In this document: positions 7,967 through 13,167 of the stretch, piece after piece
Layout of the letters: every line of letters begins with the position of its first letter
Numbering within the stretch: the stretch's first letter is position 1
IMG/VR virus record: IMGVR_UViG_3300031787_000383
Source of the DNA: a virus
DNA: 37,214 nucleotides
Direction: 5' to 3' (one strand)
The notes under the pieces: generated by a model
What the model was told of the DNA's origin: nothing
Seen by the model: the letters and a program-made list of their open reading frames with translations, nothing else
Database searches by the model: none
Translations under genes and position numbers: made by a program

Positions 7967-8139
7967 TTTTTTTTATTTTGACAGTATCTAACAAAACAAT
8001 GACCCATAAGACCCATTCAGAGGGAAACACGCTCCGCGTAAGGCACCCACGCCAATACCCCGTTGGGGTTCCCATATTGACAGCGCGGCTATCTGCAACG
8101 CGTCTTGTCGCACGCGTCAATGGGTCATGCAAAAAGCGC

Positions 8140-8164
8140 TTGCAATGCTATAAATTATGTGGCA
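8140..8164 (+). promoter_or_regulatory. 25-nt promoter-like box, copy B: TTGCAATGCTATAAATTATGTGGCA; probable early rightward promoter (extended -10 TGcTATAAA)
   Basis: TGn + TATAAA at 8146-8154, about 55 nt upstream of the first early gene. Confidence 0.5.
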
Positions 8165-8177
8165 AAGTGTTGTTCAC

Positions 8178-8192
8178 GCGATCGCCGATCGC
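8178..8192 (+). promoter_or_regulatory. Early-operon stem-loop 1 (6-bp stem) followed by ATCAACC and GAGGAG
   Basis: gcgatc-gcc-gatcgc, then atcaacc GAGGAG and ATG at 8214. Confidence 0.5.
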
Positions 8193-8213
8193 ATCAACCG
8201 AGGAGCACACAAC

Positions 8214-8567
8214 ATGCAAACCGTTACCTTAAAACAGCATCCTGAGATTCTCCGCGTTATCCGCGCCGCCGATCCTACCTACCGCAAAACGAAGGCGTTT
8301 ATTTATACCCGCGAGAGTGTCACGCTACACGGCACGTATTGGGACGGCGGTTCGCGGTCTACCTATACAGCGGTAGAGCTGGCGACGGGCCGCAACAAAG
8401 GCGCGCCGCAATACGCGCCGCCTCAATTCGGCGGGCCGCGCCAAGCGCCTGAAGTGCAAATTCCGCCCGATGTTGTAATTGTCGAAACCGGTACGTTTTG
8501 CGGTAAGCCCGCGACGGCTACCGTGTATGTCAATCCCGCCAACATGGCGCGCCTGTTAACCGTTTAA
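8214..8567 (+). CDS. Early protein, unknown function (117 aa)
   Basis: ATG at 8214, 8 nt after GAGGAG. The longer ORF-track start (8157) lacks an SD and lies in the promoter box. Confidence 0.7.
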   Translation: MQTVTLKQHPEILRVIRAADPTYRKTKAFIYTRESVTLHGTYWDGGSRSTYTAVELATGRNKGAPQYAPPQFGGPRQAPEVQIPPDVVIVETGTFCGKPATATVYVNPANMARLLTV

Positions 8568-8574
8568 TCAACCC

Positions 8575-8592
8575 GCGCGCCTACGGGCGCGC
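8575..8592 (+). promoter_or_regulatory. Early-operon stem-loop 2 (7-bp stem, UACG tetraloop) followed by ATCAACT and GAGGAG
   Basis: gcgcgcc-tacg-ggcgcgc, then atcaact GAGGAG and ATG at 8614. No T-run follows the stem. Confidence 0.55.
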
Positions 8593-8613
8593 ATCAACTG
8601 AGGAGCAAATGTA

Positions 8614-9204
8614 ATGAAAATCACCATCGACCACAACATCGTCAAAGCCCTTTTGATCTGCGCCGCGAAACAAGATATTCGCTACTACCTAAAGGGCATA
8701 TGCGTCGACGCCCGCGCGAACGGCGACGTTGTCCTTGCCACTACCGACGGTCATCGTCTGCTAGCCTATCCCGTCGCCACTGATGCAATCGAAGCGCTCG
8801 CGCCCGGTCAGTACATCATCCCGCGCGAGGCGCTCGAGGCGGTCAAGCCCTGCAAAGCTGGCCGCCACATGCTACCGATCACTATCGAGATTGACACAGC
8901 AAAAGGGCTCGAAAACAAGATCACGGGCGCGACGTCAACCGTTACGCCCCTGATTGACGGTAAATTTCCCGATTGGCGGCGCGTGCTGCCGAAAACGGTA
9001 TCGGGCGAGCCCGCCCAGTATCAGGCCGAGTACCTTGGTGATTTTGGTCGCATCGCCGATTTGCTTGGCACTAAACAGCCGCACATACATTACAACGGCA
9101 GCGCAGCGGCGATCGTTGGCAATCTAGGCGCGGCGCTTGGCGTGCTTATGCCTATGCGCTCTGATGCTGAGTTCTCAGCCCTGCCCGCATGGGCGCTCGC
9201 CTGA
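8614..9204 (+). CDS. Truncated DNA polymerase III beta sliding-clamp (DnaN) homologue, 196 aa (domain II plus a rump of domain III)
   Basis: DIRYYLKGI...LATTDGHRLL...IIPREAL...LIDGKFPDWRRVLPK...LGVLMPMR parallels E. coli DnaN DVRYYLNGM...VATDGHRLAV...IVPRKGV...LVDGRFPDYRRVLPK...YVVMPMRL (DnaN sequence recalled from memory). Confidence 0.8.
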   Translation: MKITIDHNIVKALLICAAKQDIRYYLKGICVDARANGDVVLATTDGHRLLAYPVATDAIEALAPGQYIIPREALEAVKPCKAGRHMLPITIEIDTAKGLENKITGATSTVTPLIDGKFPDWRRVLPKTVSGEPAQYQAEYLGDFGRIADLLGTKQPHIHYNGSAAAIVGNLGAALGVLMPMRSDAEFSALPAWALA

Positions 9205-9213
9205 TCAATCCCA

Positions 9214-9231
9214 CGGGCGCGCAAGCGCCCG
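9214..9231 (+). promoter_or_regulatory. Early-operon stem-loop 3 (7-bp stem, GCAA tetraloop) followed by CATCAACC and GGAG
   Basis: cgggcgc-gcaa-gcgcccg, then catcaaccc ttGGAG and ATG at 9256. Confidence 0.55.
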
Positions 9232-9255
9232 CATCAACCCTTGGAGACTCTCACC

Positions 9256-9690
9256 ATGACACGCACGCAAATCCTTCACGCGCTCGACGCCTTTCTGGAA
9301 TCTCGCCCCGGTTTCGATCCGGCCAATTATCAAGGCGCGCCGCAAGCGTATCGCGCCGATTATCGCCGCGCCTACCAGCACCTGCAAGACGGGCGCGCGC
9401 TCTTGCGCGCCGTGAGCTGGCGCGACGGTATCGACGCGGACACACTCGCACGCGCTAAGCATCATCGAATCGACTTCAGGCCCAGCGCGACGGGTAACAC
9501 CGTCGAGGTCGACTATTGCACGGGGCAGTATTACCCGGTCGAATTCCGCGCCGCTGTCTGTCAGACTCTCTCGAACGCGCTGTGGCACTATTTCCGCGAG
9601 AGCTGCGGCTGCGTTACTGCCGACGCTATCCGCACGATGGCACGGCGTGAGCTGGGCCGCTCAATCGCCCGTCGCTGGTTTGGGGCCTGA
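9256..9690 (+). CDS. Early protein, unknown function (144 aa)
   Basis: ATG at 9256, 9 nt after GGAG (internal start of ORF 9241..9690). Confidence 0.7.
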   Translation: MTRTQILHALDAFLESRPGFDPANYQGAPQAYRADYRRAYQHLQDGRALLRAVSWRDGIDADTLARAKHHRIDFRPSATGNTVEVDYCTGQYYPVEFRAAVCQTLSNALWHYFRESCGCVTADAIRTMARRELGRSIARRWFGA

Positions 9691-9691
9691 C

Positions 9692-9820
9692 ATGCGCGCC
9701 CTACTCGCCCTAACCCTTCTCGCCGCCGGCACTGGCGCAGCGCTCGCGCTTCCGCCGCTATGGGGAGCGCTCGCGCTCGCGCCCGGCCTTGTGGCCGCTC
9801 TGTTTACCATTGGACGATAA
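9692..9820 (+). CDS. Small hydrophobic protein (42 aa): MRALLALTLLAAGTGAALALPPLWGALALAPGLVAALFTIGR
   Basis: Hand-translated. The ATG lies 1 nt after the upstream TGA (TGACATG). Two hydrophobic stretches. Confidence 0.4.
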   Translation: MRALLALTLLAAGTGAALALPPLWGALALAPGLVAALFTIGR

Positions 9821-9824
9821 GACA

Positions 9825-10019
9825 ATGAAACGACACTATGGGCAAACCAAAGCCGAGCGCCAAGCGGACTATTGTGCGCGATTCTCGGACGCGCTCTTAA
9901 CCCGCGCGCCTGGCCTGTCCGGCCGGATCGAATGGCCGGCCGTGCTTTACTATTTCCATTCCAGCACGCCAGTGGCCGATGCAGTCGATCAATACTGTAT
10001 CGCGCGGAACATAGAATGA
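9825..10019 (+). CDS. Early protein, unknown function (64 aa)
   Basis: Internal ATG (MKRHYGQTKAERQ...) of ORF 9789..10019, 4 nt after the previous stop. Confidence 0.55.
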   Translation: MKRHYGQTKAERQADYCARFSDALLTRAPGLSGRIEWPAVLYYFHSSTPVADAVDQYCIARNIE

Positions 10020-10100
10020 TCGCGGCCGCACTGGTTGCCCTCGCGGCCGCAATCCTTGCTATTGTCTTACGCCTATAGCCCGCTCCATGAACCCTTACCG

Positions 10101-10122
10101 GCCCGCTTACGCGGGCTTTTTT
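10101..10122 (+). terminator. Rho-independent terminator ending the early operon
   Basis: GCCCGC-TTAC-GCGGGC followed by TTTTTTATTT. The T-run overlaps the TAA of the convergent 221-aa gene. Confidence 0.8.
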
Positions 10123-10786
10123 ATTTCACCCGGTAGTCGTGAAACACGGATCCGCTCGCCGGATCGCCGACCCGGCACGGGCGGACCCAAACCCGACCCG
10201 CCGGCAGGGTCCGCCAATGCCCTCTGCGCTCATGGGCGCGCGGGCTCGCATGCGACCCGCCCGCCGGCCCGCGATCAGCCCGCACGCGTGCGGTAATCTC
10301 TACGGTCCGCCATGTGTAAGCGGGCGCCTTCCCGCGCGCCTTTTGGCGCCGTGCGGTAAAGGTCCGCGCAACCTCGGCCCGATACCCCTCGATCGCCTTC
10401 GACCCGTCCAAGCGCGTTAGCAGGCAATCCAAAATCGCAATGGCGATTCGATCAAGGTCCGTCACCCGTCGATTGTCGCGCGTATACACGCGCAACCCGC
10501 CCGTCTCGGGGTCCGCCATAATCGTTAGCGGCGCGAAATCGTCTCGCGCCTCGCGCGTGAACCTAAACCCGGCGATTGTGACCGACTCATTGCCCGCCAT
10601 CGCGCGGACGGCAAACCGGATTCCCTCGACCACGCCAACGATTGCGATATCGTCGAATGGTAAATGCAGCAATCGCTCGGGCGCCACGTCTAACATAATC
10701 TCGCCCTCGATCTCGCCCAGGTCGAACCAAACCGACTCCTCGGGCGTAGGGACCATGCGCGACAATTCGCGCACTAGGGGCGTCAT
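10121..10786 (-). CDS. Hypothetical protein (221 aa) with Arg/His-rich C-terminal module (SPRAHERRGHWRTLPAGRVWVRPCRVG)
   Basis: ORF track. ATGA overlap with the primase-helicase stop. Confidence 0.75.
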   Translation of the reverse strand: MTPLVRELSRMVPTPEESVWFDLGEIEGEIMLDVAPERLLHLPFDDIAIVGVVEGIRFAVRAMAGNESVTIAGFRFTREARDDFAPLTIMADPETGGLRVYTRDNRRVTDLDRIAIAILDCLLTRLDGSKAIEGYRAEVARTFTARRQKARGKAPAYTWRTVEITARVRADRGPAGGSHASPRAHERRGHWRTLPAGRVWVRPCRVGDPASGSVFHDYRVK

Positions 10787-13167
10787 TTGACCGCTCGCAA
10801 GCCGACAGACCCGCTCGCGCTATCAAGCATCCGCTTAATCTCCGCGCGATTGCCTCCTACACTCTCGAGCGTATCGGGCGAAGCGTACAAATGAACCTTG
10901 CTACCGTTCGGGGTCGCCTTGACCCGGCCTAGATCAATCCAACCCGCCTCGCGGAGCGCGTGAAAGAGCGCGTGTACGCTTGCTTTCGACCCGATCGGCA
11001 TGAGAGGCTGCAGACGGTCAACCAAAGCCTGCCAAGGGGCTTTAATCGCGCCCAATGCGAATTCCCCGCGCTTGTCTCGCATCATCTCGACCAGCGCCGA
11101 TTCGACCAGCGACAGACCCGCCGATAGCATGATGGCCTTGGCCTCAGTGAACGGGGGTGCGCCACCAGGCGCGAATGCGCTCACGTCCCTCGAGCGTAAC
11201 CAAGCCGCGACCGCTGCCCGCCCGCCGGCCTTAAACCAGTCCCAAATCGCTGCGCCCTCGGCCTTTGACAGCGGGCGCGCGTCCGACCAGAGCACGTACC
11301 AGCGGCGATCGTCCGACGGGAGCGTAATCGCCATGCGCTCATTACTGAACGCGACCACGCTCAACCGGTTCAAAGCGTCAAACGGGTGCAAGCCCTTGCG
11401 GTTGACCGGTATCAATTCCGGCGGCGCAGCGAGCAAGGGCTTAAGCCGATTCTCGAGCGCGCGCCGATCGGACGCATCAGCCTGGCGTAGTTCGTTAATG
11501 ACCAACACTTCCGCCATTAACGAATATCCCCATTGCGAGTTCAATTCTTCGTTTTTGATGAGCGCGACATTCTCGCGCGACGGCCCGCCGACCGCGTACA
11601 GAAACGGCTCGAAGGTTGTATCTTTCCCGATACCAGGCGCGCCGCCCAGCAGCACGCCGTGGTTGATCTTCTGTTGCGGGTTTTGGACCTTGTAGGCCAT
11701 CCAATCAAACAGGTGCTCGCGCTCGGACGCCTCAGGCAACAGCCGCTCGACCAGATCAAGCCACGGGCGAACGTCGGCCTCGCCCTCGACGATTGGCCTC
11801 GCGTCACGCCAGAGGTTCGCGTAGACGTCCCCGGCGCGTGCGACCAGCACTGACTCACCCGCAGCATAGGTCACGCCCTGCAGAACCCGCGCGCCCATCG
11901 CCTGACGGTTTTCGTCAAAACTGATCGACGCCTCGACGCGGCGCTTCTTACCATTAGTCCCGGCATGCACCGACCAGCAGGTGATATGCCGATAAATCGC
12001 GTTGAAATTACTGCGCGAATATTGTTTACGCTCGACCAGATCAAAATAACCGTCATCGGCGTGAAGGTACGCGAACCGCTCAAACCAACCGTCACGCTCA
12101 ACCCGCCCCGCCTCGCGACGCTCGACCTCGGCCACGACCGCAGCCGCAGCGTCGGGGAACGCCTCGGTCGGCGTGATCTTTGACATCGCCTCGGCCATGC
12201 GGGCGGCTAGCAGCTCATCACGCAGCCCCGGCGTGTGTTTCGGCCCGCCCTGATCAGCGACCCACTGCAAAAACCGCGCGCTGTCCCAGTCCTCGCAATG
12301 ACCGTGATAGCAGCAGTAGGCGCGCGTTGATGCGAGGTAACGGCCTTCAGGGTTGCCGTCCGAGTGTTCGCTCGAATTAGGGCATACGACACCCGCCCAG
12401 CCCTCGCCGTTGGGGCGCTCGAGCACAAGCCCCTGCGCGCTCAACCACGCCAACACATCGTCGGACCCATCATCGCTCAACCGCACCGGGCGCAGACCGT
12501 TAGTGTCATCCGGTCCCGGCTCAACGCCCAGCGCGGCGCAGAGGTCGGGTAACTTGTACACGCGCTCAGGGTGAAACTCGACCAGACGGGCCTTGAAACC
12601 ACCCTTGTCGGGTTTCAGGTTGACGCTATCTGGCAAGCGAAAGTTTCTGACCGGATTGACCGCGCCAGGGTCCGAGTAGCCCGCAGCGGCGATCGCGCGA
12701 ATGGCCGCCGAATATGCGCCTTTGGTCGGTTGATTGTCAGGGTCGAAGGCATAGCCCCATTGATAGCACCCTGCGCTGGTTTCCATGACCCACGTAGGCG
12801 GCACGGGCGAGGTCTTGGGGGCTTTGTCAGTCCCGACGTCATCGAGCACCATGCAGACCACGTAATCGCACGCCGCAGCCGATGCTGTGACCTTGCCATC
12901 GACAAACCGGTCGATGACAAAACAACCCGTGTTGCCATACCAAGCCGCGCCCTCGGCCTGCAGATTTGCCCGTTCAGGCAGAAACGCGGGCCAGGTAGCC
13001 TTAAGCGCCCCATCGGCGTGATATTGCAGCTCGCCCGCCGCGTTACGCTTGGGCTTTTGCCGCACAAACAACACGGTCTCGCCCTCGGGCGCAAGGGATA
13101 CGATATAATCGACAAAGTTCATGTTCTCTCCGGTTTTAGCGCCCGCCTTGCCCGCGGGCGTTTTCAT
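10783..13167 (-). CDS. Bifunctional AEP primase-polymerase / PriCT-like zinc module / SF3 (D5- or P4-alpha-like) helicase (794 aa; alternative start 13122)
   Basis: MVLDDVG and SAGCYQWGY AEP-type motifs; CPNSSEHSD...CCYHGHC; Walker A GGAPGIGKDT; Walker B VLVINE. ATGA overlap with the polymerase stop. Confidence 0.88.
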   Translation of the reverse strand: MKTPAGKAGAKTGENMNFVDYIVSLAPEGETVLFVRQKPKRNAAGELQYHADGALKATWPAFLPERANLQAEGAAWYGNTGCFVIDRFVDGKVTASAAACDYVVCMVLDDVGTDKAPKTSPVPPTWVMETSAGCYQWGYAFDPDNQPTKGAYSAAIRAIAAAGYSDPGAVNPVRNFRLPDSVNLKPDKGGFKARLVEFHPERVYKLPDLCAALGVEPGPDDTNGLRPVRLSDDGSDDVLAWLSAQGLVLERPNGEGWAGVVCPNSSEHSDGNPEGRYLASTRAYCCYHGHCEDWDSARFLQWVADQGGPKHTPGLRDELLAARMAEAMSKITPTEAFPDAAAAVVAEVERREAGRVERDGWFERFAYLHADDGYFDLVERKQYSRSNFNAIYRHITCWSVHAGTNGKKRRVEASISFDENRQAMGARVLQGVTYAAGESVLVARAGDVYANLWRDARPIVEGEADVRPWLDLVERLLPEASEREHLFDWMAYKVQNPQQKINHGVLLGGAPGIGKDTTFEPFLYAVGGPSRENVALIKNEELNSQWGYSLMAEVLVINELRQADASDRRALENRLKPLLAAPPELIPVNRKGLHPFDALNRLSVVAFSNERMAITLPSDDRRWYVLWSDARPLSKAEGAAIWDWFKAGGRAAVAAWLRSRDVSAFAPGGAPPFTEAKAIMLSAGLSLVESALVEMMRDKRGEFALGAIKAPWQALVDRLQPLMPIGSKASVHALFHALREAGWIDLGRVKATPNGSKVHLYASPDTLESVGGNRAEIKRMLDSASGSVGLRAVK

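Larger units (their letters stand above)
7697..8127. repeat. Iteron field with 12-13 copies of the octamer ATGGGTCA
   Basis: Direct triplets lie at 7697-7721, 7764-7788 and 7862-7887 with an 8-9 bp period. An inverted pair lies at 8000-8016 and a single copy at 8120-8127. Confidence 0.85.

Noticed and set aside
7978-8010. TTGACA at 7978-7983 and TTGACA at 8077-8082 as rightward sigma70 -35 elements
   Set aside because: No acceptable -10 hexamer lies 16-18 nt downstream of either.
8157-8213. Longer start (8157) for the first early gene as given in the ORF track
   Set aside because: That start lies inside the promoter-like box/TSS region and has no SD. The ATG at 8214 has GAGGAG at the same spacing as the next gene.
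7500-8232. ORFs inside the non-coding hub (7500-7799 plus, 7860-8132 minus, 7912-8232 plus, 7279-7539 minus)
   Set aside because: They have no SD and an odd composition, and they are built from the iterons and AT/G-rich tracts. The region is better explained as regulatory or origin DNA.
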